Positions 26,111 through 39,024 of a DNA stretch of 64,000 bases are shown in pieces; position 1 is the stretch's first letter, and every line of letters begins with the position of its first letter. Made by a program: the position numbers and the translations under genes. The stretch is taken from positions 18,128,628 to 18,192,627 of the forward strand of contig CM119263.1 in the NCBI GenBank assembly GCA_051294375.1, in the 5' to 3' direction. This stretch comes from Paraspadella gotoi. Lineage: Eukaryota; Animalia; Chaetognatha. Below the pieces are notes generated by a model. It saw nothing but the letters and a program-made list of their open reading frames with translations, searched no databases and was not told the origin of the DNA.

Positions 26111-29100
26111 ACACATTGGGGGAAAAAGAATGGAGTGGAAGTAGAACCTCGAGAGAGAGAGAAGAGAGAGAGAGAGAGAGGTAAGAGGAGGAGGAGGAGA
26201 AGGAGGAAAGCGCGTGGTCGCGCGAAGAAGGTGGATTTCGTTGTTGACGTTTGGAATGGAAACTTCGGCTTCGGAAGATGCGAAAATATCGGGTAAGGTT
26301 TCGGGGGCTCGATAGTGGGATACATTGTTCGGTTACTTTGCGAGAGAAATCCGCGTGGGCGGGAGATCGTGGGAGGGCGATGGATGGGAGAAAGTTTATG
26401 AAAGGTCGACCGGTGATGGAGAAAGATGAGGAGATCATCCGATCTCTTTACAAGAGGAGATAAGTCGATCGCCTCGACCATTGAGGACACAATCTGGAAC
26501 GAAAAGGAGGCTTGACGGGGTCAACGAACTCAATCGTCTTTCGATTGCTGCTGGTGAAACATTTAACGTTTTGATACATAATTTAAAAAAAATAATCAAA
26601 ATGATAATTCATGTCTTCACTTCACTTCATTCTTGGATAGACCGACAGACGGATAAAACAGACAAATAACAGAGTACAGACAAAATTGAGAGCGATCGAA
26701 ATGAAAGTTTGAAAATAATCATCCGTTGTAATTCGTTTCGTCGAAACTATTAAAGTTTAAAAACGAATAAAAATCATAACAAAACCTTAAAACTAAAAAA
26801 AAATATTAATCTGCTCAGCTTCAAACACTCCACAAACCGTTATACCATCGATCAAACGCGCAAGTAACCCAAATCTTTGGCTCAGCGACAGCAATGTTCG
26901 ACGGATGGTCGACGATGACGTCAGTGATGACGACGACGAAAAACGACGACGACAACGACGACAACGACGACGACGACGTATGGATTAATGAGGAGGCGAA
27001 GCCGAAGTTCGATGGATCATCGACGCGAATGGAAACCGATCAAGTTGAACTTAAGGGTCGGGGGTAGATCTGAACAAGAAGGCGAGAATATGAGCAAAGA
27101 AAATTGGGTTCGAATTTTGGCGAGGATGGGCCCCATGTCCCCAAAACCAGAATTAGAAATCCTTTGCCTCTCGCGCGAATTCGATGCATCGAAAGTCTTC
27201 CCGCGCGGAAGAGTCATTTTTCACCCGAGAATCTTCTCCGTCAATGATGGAGATGTTGGAGTGACTCCTTTGCCATTCGAATGGCATTCACTGCCATTCA
27301 AAGATAAAAAAAAAGATGTCCCATTGTGTAAGTTTACGATTCGGAGATGTATTTGTCACCTTGTCGTGAGGCTGATCTTGGCTTCGAAAGCAATTCATTT
27401 CATTTGTACAAAAAATATGACCGTCTCAATGTTTAACCTTTTTTTTTTCATTGCCACGCAACGTCGTCATCGTGGTCGAGGGGATGTGCCCAATTTGGTC
27501 ATGAGGAAACGGCGTGACTTGGACACGAGATGACTTTATGAAAAGAAATTCAGATTTATTAGTTTTTTATTTTTGACCTTTTCAAATAATTATTTAACAA
27601 CGTTCGTTGCTTGAAAACTAAAGCCCCTTTTCTTTGTTTTTATTTCGTTGTTGTGATTTTTTTTATTATTCACTGTGTCGGAAGTTCTATTAGGAAAAAA
27701 AACAGGAAAAAAACCCGAATATTCAACGTTGGATTAAAAAAAAAAAAAGGAATGAAAAATTGTCTCATGCGTGGGCAATTTTCTCGGCTCCTCTCCGGAT
27801 GACCGCAACTTGATACGCCACGAGAGACTAGTAAATAGGAGGATTATCTTACTAACGAGTAAAACCTAATTAGTAATTACTTCAAGCGTTGAAGGATTAC
27901 TACAACGCTTTATGACTACGATTAAGCGCAGCTTGAACAGTAAAATAAAATAAAAAACAAATACAAATAAAGTTTTTGAAACCAATCAATTAAATTGCAA
28001 CTGAAGCGACTCATTCCGGCTATTATTATTTAACTGTAAAGTTATTAGGTCCCGATTTCTTCTTGGTCCTTCTTCGCCGTCATCCTCGTCATCGCCATCA
28101 TCGCCCACGCTGACGACGTTATGGTAATGAGTTCCATCTCCGTGGTTCCGAGAGGCGGCGTCGTCTCATTTCCGTTGGACTACCGACGAGACTCTTATCA
28201 CCTTCGTTGCTGCATACGTTATCTTTTACAATTCTCGGATTTTCTGGGTAAGGTTGCCCGACTTACTTACCTAAACTTAACATTCCTTAAGTTTCGGAGA
28301 AGAGTTTAGTTCAGTGAGATATCAGCTTTTATTTCTCGCAATTTTTATCTTCAAAGCAATTTTACATCACCATTTTTATTGTTTCTTCTTTTTCTCCGAA
28401 GCATTTACATTTTCTGCTGCAAAAGTCAAAACTGCCGCAGAAACAATCGCGACGTAATCTTTTCGTCAAATGACCGAGAAATATCGTCTCTGTCTCAAAG
28501 ATTCTGGTGGTGATTTCTGCTCCTGATTGGAACGATAAAAAGATATGGTGAGGCAATAAAGCGGAAGTGTGACAAAGAGTGATTTAAAAAGAGTTTGGAA
28601 TATGGAACCGTGGACAAGAGTGACTAAAGGAAGATTCAAATAAAGAATAATGAAAAAAGTTTGTATACTAAAATTAGGAAGGCGTGTTCTATAGCTAAAA
28701 GATAGCAATAAATAAGTTAGGTTGCCCTTGACTATGGACACCTGACAGTGGACACTGGACACTGGACAGGCTACGGTGGGTTGTGGCTTCCTTCCCTCTC
28801 ACAAGATAATAACGTAGCAGGACCCTGCAAACTTTCAATCAAGACTCTCTCACATTATAATAATTCTATTAACTGTTTCAATTGTATATCTCCTTACGGA
28901 TAAAAAATGTAGAGGTTAAAAAAATTTACGAAGCGCATTAAATTTTCGCCATCTTAAAAAAAGTAACGTCCTTACGGGGAGAAAGCCCCGTCCCATTCTT
29001 AAACCCTCCCGTCCATTTTCTCACCCACCAACCTCACCACCTCCACTCCCTTCCATTCTCACTTCCGGTCGGCCTTGGCGCGATGCAAAACTACGGGGTG

Positions 29101-29139
29101 AAGAAACGAGGTCGTACCTGGGAGGGCTGAGAGAGAGAG

Positions 29140-29220
<81 letters not shown>

Positions 29221-29547
29221 AAAGGGTCGAGTCTTGGAGAGGCGAGTGAAAAATGTTTTCAAGATGAGGTTGAAAAGTCTATCCAGCGAGGCCGTGTCAT
29301 GCGTTGAGTCAGACGACCGTGTCAAGCGAAAAAATAAAGCGAGGTTGGTGCGTCAAGTCTTCCGGTCAATACATTGCGTAATTCGTATCCTTTGTCAGGT
29401 TCTTTCGTATTTTATAGTTTTATATTTATTAATGAATTTCAGACCATGCTCTCAAAACTAAATCGCGTCGGGAGATCCTTAAAAGAAAAAAAAATATTTC
29501 GGGATCAGACCGAGAGTAAATTGAGGTCGCTCGGCCTCGTTCGCCGC

Positions 29548-29614
29548 GTCACGTGACCGGAAGTGAATCGGCGTCGTCCCGTCACGTGGGGTCGTGACGC
29601 TCGAAGTGACGTCA
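29548..29614. promoter_or_regulatory. CpG-rich promoter/enhancer-like motif cluster (E-box x2, ETS, CRE)
   Basis: GTCACGTGAC 29548-57, CCGGAAGTG 29557-65, GTCACGTG 29581-88, TGACGTCA 29607-14. Confidence 0.45.
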
Positions 29615-30107
29615 TCGCTTTGTCGCGCGCGACCTCGTCCCGTTTCGGGTAGTGGGAATATCGAAGCATAATGTTTTGCCGTTATTGTTATTTCGAGGAG
29701 AGAATTCATTTCTCTTCGGATTTTTTTTTAAAAAAAAGTCTCTTCGCGCACCGACAGTTGGTCATTAATTTTTATCCTATGTAACTCCGTCGTTGCTTTC
29801 TGTTGCTAATTAAGTAAACGAGTATAAAGATTGTAGTAATAGATAATTTGGAAACTAAAGGAATTGCGCGGGGAAATTTGTCGACAAGAGAAGAGAAGAA
29901 AATAACTGATAAGAGAAGATGGAGGTGAAGGGCGGATGCGGGGAAAAATTCGTCGAAGCGGAAAGAAGAGAAAAGAGTCACTTAACGAGTCACTTAAATT
30001 GTCAATTGAAAGAAATCGATGGACGATGAAAGATAAAAGAAAATCAACTTTAAACAAAAATCTCTTTTTAAAAAAAAAATTTGGAAATCATGCTTTCGCT
30101 TTCTCTC

Positions 30108-30204
<97 letters not shown>

Positions 30205-31751
30205 TCCCTCCCTTGTTTCCTATTTTTCTCCGGTGGCAGACTTTTTTCCTCGCCTTGTGAATGTGAGGGACCAAACATTTGAGCACGTAGAAACCGCACG
30301 CGACGACCGGAGAAGACGACGACGACGACGACGACAATAAAAGTGACGACACGCCCGGCGACGACGAGCCATATGGAAAGAAAAACACGGAATCAAAAGA
30401 GAGGGCAGCTGTTGGAAGAATCTGAACACTTCGGTTTTTTGCGATGGCTAAGGCCAGCTTAATATAAAATCTCTTTCGTTTATGTATTAATTGAATTTCT
30501 ATATTATTTTGATATTTGGTTTAATTCAGTTGACTTTGTTGTAGTTTGAATTCAGTTGGTTCTAGTATACTCAGTCTATTTTGAAGGATTACACGGGAAA
30601 AAACACCGTAAGTGATAAAGAAGAGCGAAAGCGATTTTAATTTTTATCTGAGAAAAAAATTAACATTATAATTATAAAAACATTGTCTTTCCAAAGGGAA
30701 TCCCTAAAATCCATCCCGTTTTATGAGGTTTTTAATTAATTAATTATTTATATTCAGTACGTAATATTATATGTAGTTATCAAGAAGTACTTAACTACTT
30801 ATAGTTGTGATCAATTGAAATAATCACAATACTCATACAAAGACGCTAAACAAAAGTCGTGCGGTTATAGAAATTCAGTTTTCGAGCCACGAGCGTCGTA
30901 CCAAGTCGGTCCTCTAGAAAAAAGAGGCAGTTTTATTTTTGACAATAAAAGTAAATATAATTAAAAACGTATCCAGGACAAAATTCTGAATAACCCAGTC
31001 GTCAAAAACGTAACTTGGGCAGAATTAATGACGACGAAGCAATTTTTTTTATTAATACTCCCGACTCCTTAGACCCTAGTGACGGATTACAGATCCACTG
31101 TTCTAAAAGTAGCAATTTAACAGGCAGTAAATTGTCCTCCCAGTCGTCAATGTAGTCATACATATAATCATTACTTAATAGTATTCGATTATGAAGAATA
31201 GTGCTTAAATACCACTTGTTTTGCAACGAGTCAAGGAGTTGGAAAGGTTTCTATCTACCGTCGCTTTAAAACACTAACTCAGTTTAAACAAAAGTAGCTT
31301 TACTTTAGCTTTACTTGGAAACATTCACCCTCCCTATTCGCTCTCGTTGGTTTAAAGTAAAATAAGTATTATAACTTATTAAATTACTATATAAGGTTGA
31401 ATCCCCGACAATTAAAAAGATATAAAGACTTAAGAATTATGTGACAGTGCGAGTGGTCAGGTGTAAGCAGGAAAGCGTTTGAAAGCTTACTAATCAAAAA
31501 TAGATTTATAATTTCCATACACATATATCGTTTTTAATACCTGCCAGTTATTTTTTTCCTTTTCTCGCCTCAACCTCGGCACGACGCCTCCTTTATATTC
31601 ACCGCCCTCAAGAAATGTGACCGTGAGAAAAATGGGACGCCAAATTTGTCATGCGAAAGTGAAGAATAATGACGATAATGCAAAAAATAGAGAGAGAAAA
31701 AAAAAAACTGAGAAAGAGATGTTAGAGAAAGGGAGAAAGGGAGAATATAAA

Positions 31752-31971
31752 ATTAAATGAATGGATAATTTTTATATTGGTTGTACCAATTTTATAAAAT
31801 TCAGCTCCTTGTATTTTGATGCAAGTGCGGAGTACAATAATTATTCTCCGATCTAATACTTAAGGGAGTTGTCTTTTCATACAATTGAAACATTCTTTGA
31901 AATATTATACCACTTCAAGATAGCTGATTTATTAAATGAATGGATAATTTTTATATTGGTTGTACCAATTT
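31752..31971. repeat. 41-bp exact direct repeat separated by 138 bp
   Basis: attaaatgaatggataatttttatattggttgtaccaattt at 31752-31792 and 31931-31971. Confidence 0.9.
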
Positions 31972-32034
31972 CATAATAAAAATAACTGCCAAAAAAATTG
32001 AATACTTTTTTCAGATATAATCTATTAAAATTTG

Positions 32035-32170
32035 CAAATTACTTGTTTTACTATTTTTATTTTTATATATATTATATGAAGCGATTTACTATTTAATCTA
32101 TATTCTTAAATATATATGTATTCGCTTTTCTTAAAATTTTTTTACTTATCATTATATCTAATAACTCATC
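32035..32170 (+). repeat. AT-rich interspersed repeat, copy 2
   Basis: Matches 13783-13919 with scattered differences. Confidence 0.65.
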
Positions 32171-32500
32171 TAATAACTCATTAATGAATTATTATTATGT
32201 ATAATATTATTTAATAGCATAATATTTTACTTAACATAACATAACTTACTTTTTTTTGTCTTAGTTTTTGTCTAAAACTGCGTAACCGGTTTGTTTTTCC
32301 TTTGAGAAACTGGTTTGTTATAAAGGAGGCCTTTGTTCAAAGTACATAATTTAGAGCTTTAATATTTCATGATTTACTTGTAAAAATAAAAAAGCTTTTG
32401 TTGCTTAAGAAAAATTGGAAAGAGCAATGTTTCGGTTTCGCGCCTTCAGTAAAGACGATGAAAGGTATGAAGATATTTGTAAAATTAAAACAATGTTTTT

Positions 32501-32739
32501 GCAACGGCCGTGTTGCCTGCGATGCCTAACGGTAAGGGGCATCTCACGTTTGGCTTTGGGTGTTTCGCTTCCGACCTTCAGTGACAACACTTGTCACTGG
32601 CGCGGTTACCCAAGGACGTTCTCGCTTCGCAAACGAAGAGGGCAGTCGTAAGGACTGTGGATGGAACGTAACGCTTGGGATGGTGCGTTCCCCCTCTGGC
32701 CGAAAGAAGCTGGATGTGAGGCGGTGTGAAAATACCGCC
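32501..32739 (+). ncRNA. Unidentified structured RNA candidate (~240 nt)
   Basis: Seven or more stems found by eye, with G-U wobbles only on the + strand. These include a 14-bp closing stem 32543-56/32707-20, a terminal GGCGGUGU-GAAA-AUACCGCC hairpin and a 9-bp hairpin 32579-99. GC-rich island in AT-rich flanks. Confidence 0.55.
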
Positions 32740-32890
32740 ACTGAAAATGTTTCAAATCTTAAACTACATCTAACATGTAACATCTACGTATCTAATGTCA
32801 TTAATGTGAAGTTTATCGTTGATAAATTTTTTTTGTTATTGTTGTACGTAACTAGGATTCCTTAGGCCGTGTTACGTTACCACTCTGGCA

Positions 32891-35800
32891 ATGATCAAAA
32901 TCAGAAGGAAAATACTGTTCCTTCAGCTTATGATCTTGGCTGTTTTGTTGACCTCCACAATCTACGTCAACCGTTCACCGCTAACAACGGACTTCACTAA
33001 ATCATGTAGGTGTAGTGACATGCGATTCCGCCCACGATTAAACATAAAATTGTAAATTGTATTATAAATCGCCGTTAAAAAATGAATTAGTTTAAAAATA
33101 TGACAATTTTTTATTCAAGAACAACATACTAAAATAAATGAGGCTTTCTCAAACAAAAATACTAATAATCAGTAAATAAGTGACGAAAGCCCCTTTTACA
33201 TTTTCAACAAAAAGCGGATGAAGCGATCTGGCGGCTCCCTGACTCAGTTTTGTCCGAAACCGAATTCACCGGAAACAAAATTCGAATTTTCCCGCCAAAT
33301 CGTCTTCTCTTTTCCGAAGAGAGTTTACGACGAAGACCCTGCGCCGGGAATCAGAAATTCACGCGGGAGAATTTCGAGAAGTCCGGCAGGTTGGTCTGAA
33401 GGAAACGCGTGGGCGTCTCGTTGACACTCGTATATTGAACTCGTAAACAATTTTATCTTTACAAATACAGCGCAAAATAAAATAAAATAAAATCGGATCA
33501 AATGTTTCTCTCTTTTTCTCTCTCTTTATCTCAGATAGTGTCTGTCTCTCTCTGTTTTCCTTCATTCCATTCCCGTCGTCTCTTTTCCCGCGCTTTAGAT
33601 TCAAAGGCTGTGGCGACAATTGGGCGGTGACGACTACGACTTCGTCTCCTCCGAGCGAAGCCGTCAGACGGTTTCTCTTCGCCCCCGATTGGTGCGTCGT
33701 TGTCGTCGCTGACGGTGGAGCTTCTCAGGTATACCATTTTCAAACAAAAAAAAAAAAAAATAAAAAGATTCTAAATTAGTAGTTGGAAAACTTCTTCGTA
33801 ACTATATTTATTGTATAATCTCTAAAATATGCAGCGAAGATGATTAGCATTAGAAAAAAAATTTTGAATTATACTGAATCACGATTTTTACAACACCAGT
33901 TTTTTGACAATTCGAAGGTTTATGTGCATCCACATTCCACAAGCTTTTTAATATTCAATTACTTTTCCCAGGATTATCATTTCGAATCAACTTGGGGTGA
34001 AAACATCGTGTTCCTTTCTGACGCGGCGCAAAGGTCAATGAAAAACGATTTCGTAGACGCGTTGCCATGGAAAAGCTTGGGAAGAAAAAACGTGGGTTTT
34101 TTATACGCGGTGGCGCGCGGGGCCAAAGTCATTTGGGACTTTGACGACGACAATATGTTAAAATTTTGGATGGACGGGGCTTCTCCTGACCCGCATTTGG
34201 ATATCAGGACTTACGCTCGCGATCCGGAAAGTATGTTTCATTCGCCTTGCTTCGTCTTTTTTATTACATTTCTACCTTTCAGTGAAATTAAACTTATAAG
34301 TAGTATTAATAATAAGTAATGCTAATTATTTAATCTTGTTTAATTCATCAACGTTCAAAATTCCAAATTTTTTTAAAGAGTACGGAATCGTCGAACCTGT
34401 TTATCGTGAAGAAGTACTGGCTTATAATCCATATCCGGTTCTGGGGGGACCCGACTTTCCGACCTGGCCAAGGGGCTTTCCTCCAAGCCTTATTCTAAAA
34501 GATTCAACTCATAATCTCAAACTCAAACTAACAGACGAAGAAAATTCAGTAAAATTTGGCGTATTGCAATCTCTGGCTGATCTGCAACCAGATTTTGATG
34601 CCATTTACGGACTAAAAAAGGAAACCCAGGCCAATTTTATACGACTTGATAAAGCTGTCGCCCCTCCGTTACGAGGTTTGCCTATTGTCTTGTCTTAGTC
34701 ATTTGTAATCGAATTTAGAGAGTAGGCGAAAATCTTTCTTTAAAAAAAATTCAACGTTTTTCTAATAGAGATTTCCGTTCAAATCTGACTACCAATCTTA
34801 TAAGATGAACATGTTGATGGAATTTTGATAGGTTTCTTAAGATTTTTCAACAACGCAAAGTCCAATTAAAGTGAAACTCGAGAATTACAATATTCACATC
34901 ATTCCTCATCTAACGATATAAAAATATATGAAAAAAACCGCTTACTTCTTTCGGAATAATTTTCTTGTATTAAAAGGCTAAAGGCTAAAATTGATTTTCT
35001 CTGTGTAGGTAAAAGTTTATTTATATTAAATAGCTTAATACAAAAATTAAAATGATTCATATATAAAAACCCATAGAGGCTATATTACGTATAAATAATA
35101 TTATCATAATAAATGATTGTTTTCGTAAAGTTGAGAAGGCCAGATTTTCGTTTACATCCTTATTTTCATTTAAACCTCACACCTGTGTTTTTAATCACTT
35201 TACCGAACAATAGCTCATTCGAATCACAAAAAGCCATATTTTTCATATATATATTTTTTTCCCGTGATTTTGATGTTAAAGGGGTTAAAAGTTGGGCAAA
35301 AGTTTTTGTTGACTTATTCATTTTCCAAGAAGTCCATAAAGTATACAAGTTGTAATTTTTGTTTTCTGTTTCTTAAACTGCTTCAGGCCCCGAATACACC
35401 CAAAAATGGATGCCCATCTTTCGAGTCCCACCAAAATCCGTGACGCCCTACAACGCCCAAGCCACTCTTCACTTTTACGATGCCTTTTGGGCCTTGTATC
35501 TGCCAGTAACCGTGAAGAGTCGCGTTTCCGACATTTGGAGATCCTATGCTGCCCAGGCGCTCTTTCCCAGGGCCGGCCTGTCACTGGGATTCCTCCCGCG
35601 ACCTCTGGTTGTCAGAAATCGAAATCCATTCTCCTACTTGGGGGATCTCGAGGCGGAGCAGCCGTTGTACACGAAGGGAACCGCGCTCGTCGAACACATC
35701 GTTCGAAATTACCTCCGTGTTTCGAGGAAACGCGAAACCTTCGTAAGCGCGATCGAGTCAATATGGGTGGATCTTTACGAACGCGGCTTCGTGAAGATCG

Positions 35801-37221
35801 AGGATGTTTTTCTGATTCAAAAGTGGATCAAGACGCTTCTCGTTATTGGCTATCGTTTCCCCGACGAAGACGACCAAGGCTTCTGCGGCGAGCGAGATGA
35901 GAACGTGAAAGAGCGAATCGTCTCCAGCGGAACAACGATGGCGATCGAAACCGCTTCGTATCTCAGGACGGAAACGGTTTCCCGCCATCGGAAAGTCACA
36001 TTGGGATTTGCCGACGTCCATCCCGGATCCCGAACCGACTTGACCGCTACGATGTCCGCGATGGGCAACGACGTGCTCCTCCTAGGATCCCGCGGAGAAT
36101 TCAAGAATTACCCGCACGTCAACAAGTTTCCCGGCGTGTCCTTTCTGCGGGAATTGTCGCCGGTAATGAAACGGTACACGGCCCTTAATGATCAGCACCG
36201 ACCCGATTGGATCGGTAAAAATTACAACTTTTACAAAAACAACGCCGCGGTGAAGAATGTCGACGCTTTCATTTGCTCCGTACCATCCGCGATGTGCCTT
36301 TTGTGGGGTCCCTTCGATCGTTCCATAGTTATCTTGGCGGGGCTTCGTTACAACGTCGCTCGATGCACCCCCGACGCTTGGAAATCATTTGATGAACGAC
36401 TGAAAATCTGGTCCGCGAATCGACGAAATGTCATCGGAGCCACCAATCGCTACGACTTGGAGTATATGCGATACTACACTGGCATAGACCCTTTGTTGGT
36501 GCCGACTCATGGCGGCTACCATCTGAAAAACCTCAAAACTCGGGAGATCAACGACCAAGTATTGATCTTCACTTTCCATCGTCGAACGAGTTCTTTCATT
36601 GAACGCGTGGAATCTTACTTGAGACCGGAAATCAACAGTAGACAAGTGAGGGATTCCCACTGGACGAGGGACTTCGAACTCGAGAATCTCTCCGGGTGCA
36701 GAGCCATCGTTTATTTGCCCTACTCGGTATTTTCCTATCGAATCTCCGAGATCTACGCCGCCGGAGTTCCGCTCTTCGTCCCGTCGCCAAAATTTTACTT
36801 GAATCATTTGTTCGTGGAGCCGGTCGGGAAACGGAAGACCGTCGGCATGGGATGCGACAGAACTGTGATCAGTTATCCGTACTGCAGGAACCCGGCGGGT
36901 CTCAAAACGATCAGCGGGCCGAGCTCGAAAGGCGGCCAAAGCCATCACCCGTACAGTCCGAACGTGGAGATGGCGGAGGACTCCGAAGCGGAGATGTACT
37001 GGTTGCAGTTCGCCGACTGGTACGAGATGCCGTACGTGCAAATCTACGAGGATTTGGAACATTTGAAGAAGTCGATCCTCGAGGCGGACTTTGACGAGAT
37101 TCGTCGAGGGATGAAACGCGGGATGGAGATGAAGGAATTGGAGGTGAAAAAAAAGTGGAACGAGATTTCGAATAGGATTTGGGAAGGGAAGAAGAAGAGA
37201 AGAGAGTCAAGGGGAAATTAA
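32891..37221 (+). CDS. STELLO-like (DUF288) putative glycosyltransferase, type II membrane protein, fused to a C-terminal second glycosyltransferase-like domain (936 aa)
   Basis: Exons 32891-33005, 33215-33389, 33599-33728, 33972-34230, 34379-34675, 35387-37221 total 2811 nt, in frame, GT-AG. The N-terminus MIKIRRKILFLQLMILAVLLTSTIYV is a basic tail plus TM anchor. STELLO motifs: WAVTTT..P, WCVVVVAD, LPWKSLGRKNVGFLYA..GAKVIWDFDDDN, NPY...WPRGFP, QSLADLQPDFDAIY, PYNAQATLH..AFWALYLPVTV..RVSDIWRSY.AQ. Confidence 0.88.
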
Positions 37222-37813
37222 ATCAGGACTTTTGATTTTTTAGGGTGAGAACGTGGACTAAAAGTTGGGTTTAAAAATGCACTCATTGAAAATTACTCCG
37301 TTTGATCTAAAAAAGAGTTTTTTTTTCCCTTTGTTGATTTACTTGGGTGAGTTCGTTGTTTTGTTTCGTTTTTTTTTNNNNNNNNNNNNNNNNNNNNNNN
37401 NNATTTTTTGATTAATATAAACTTTTTTCAAAAACAGACTTTATGGAGTTCGATGAATGATTACAAATATATAAAGATTATCTGTTTCTGGGAGAGGACG
37501 TAAATCTCTTCCTCTAATCATCTCTCTTCTCTCTCTCTCTCTTCTCTCCTCTTCTCTCTCTCTCTATACCTCTCTCTCTTCTCTCTACTCTCTCTCTCTT
37601 TTCTCTCTCGCATATTGCGGTTGACCTCCTCGCTTTTCATTCACCTCTTATATGTTTTCCACTGTTGCCAACACAATGAATAGGACGTCAAAACCTGATA
37701 TGGCAGGCGAATATTTCGGGTACCTAACTGCCTCTACGTCATGTTCGACAAGCGTCTTGACGTCAAATCGCTCACTGGCGCGAAGGATCGGATCGAACGG
37801 GCGCCTACGAGGG

Positions 37814-37854
<41 letters not shown>

Positions 37855-37863
37855 TAAGAGGAG

Positions 37864-37895
<32 letters not shown>

Positions 37896-37899
37896 ATGA

Positions 37900-38105
37900 G
37901 GACGCAGAGACACCTTTTGGCAGAAAATATCAGTTCGTGCGCGAAGGGCGAAAGCAAACAAAAGAACATCCAGGTTGGCGCCTGTAATAAGACGCGACTG
38001 GAATGATGTTCAGTGCTAGTGAGAATCAACTTATGCAGTTTTCGGCGGTCTGTCGCCATATATTACCTATATAATAGGACAATGGACTGTAAGAAAGCAA
38101 TAATT

Positions 38106-38145
<40 letters not shown>

Positions 38146-38325
38146 CACCTTTTGCAGAAAATATCAGTTCGTGCGCGAAGGGCGAAAGCAAACAAAAGAA
38201 CATCAGTTGGCGCCTGTAGTAAGACGCGACTGGAATCGATGTTATCAGTCGCTTGTGGGACTCAATTATGCAGTTTTCGGTCGGTCTGTCAATATTACCT
38301 ATATAATAGGACAATGGACTTAAAA
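37900..38325. repeat. Tandem duplicate of a ~190-bp unit separated by (AG)n
   Basis: gacgcagagacacctttt...gaagggcgaaagcaaacaaaagaacatc...aggacaatggact occurs twice with indels. Confidence 0.8.
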
Positions 38326-38764
38326 ACAAATATTAAATGCGAACTAGACAAAAAAAATTATAAGATATGAAAACGGTTAATTTTCGATGTTTAAATCAAT
38401 TAAACTAGGACAGAAAATAGTTATTGAAACCCTTGAATGATTTTCTATTTCTTTTTTTTTCTTGTTTTTTTTTGTGTTTGCTCCAAAGATTTCTTCCAAG
38501 AATTTGGGATCGTCGAAACGGACAAAGGGTAATTGACTTGTGAAGCGATGAAAAAAAAACATTTTATTTGAGATTCGAACCCGAGTCAAATGCGAACTCG
38601 GGAGAAAAATTGAAATTGAGAAGTAAAATGAAATCGAGAAAAGAAAGATTATCTGAGAATGTTTTTGTAGAAATGTCAAATTTGAATTTAGACGCAAATC
38701 TCGGAAAAGCTCAAGTAAAAAGTTATGATTTTTTCGAGAGGTTGTAACAGAATCTCTCTCTCTC

Positions 38765-39024
38765 NNNNNNNNNNNNNNNNNNNNNNNNNNNNNNNNNNNN
38801 NNNNNNNNNNNNNNNNNNNNNNNNNNNNNNNNNNNNNNNNNNNNNNNNNNNNNNNNNNNNNNNNNNNNNNNNNNNNNNNNNNNNNNNNNNNNNNNNNNNN
38901 NNNNNNNNNNNNNNNNNNNNNNNNNNNNNNNNNNNNNNNNNNNNNNNNNNNNNNNNNNNNNNNNNNNNNNNNNNNNNNNNNNNNNNNNNNNNNNNNNNNN
39001 NNNNNNNNNNNNNNNNNNNNNNNN
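38765..39024. other. Assembly gap (260 N); other gaps at 22364-22373, 37378-37402, 40472-40496, 41158-41182, 47302-47326
   Basis: N runs in the sequence. Confidence 1.

Noticed and set aside
26200-28560. Several GC-richer exon-like blocks (26.2-26.5, 27.0-27.3, 28.05-28.5 kb), one reading like a signal peptide
   Set aside because: They could not be joined into a coherent ORF; they may be UTR or non-coding exons.
32712-32722. GGATGTGAGG, identical to the 5' end of vertebrate 7SK RNA
   Set aside because: It forms the 3' strand of a closing stem here, with no GATC motifs and AT-rich downstream sequence.
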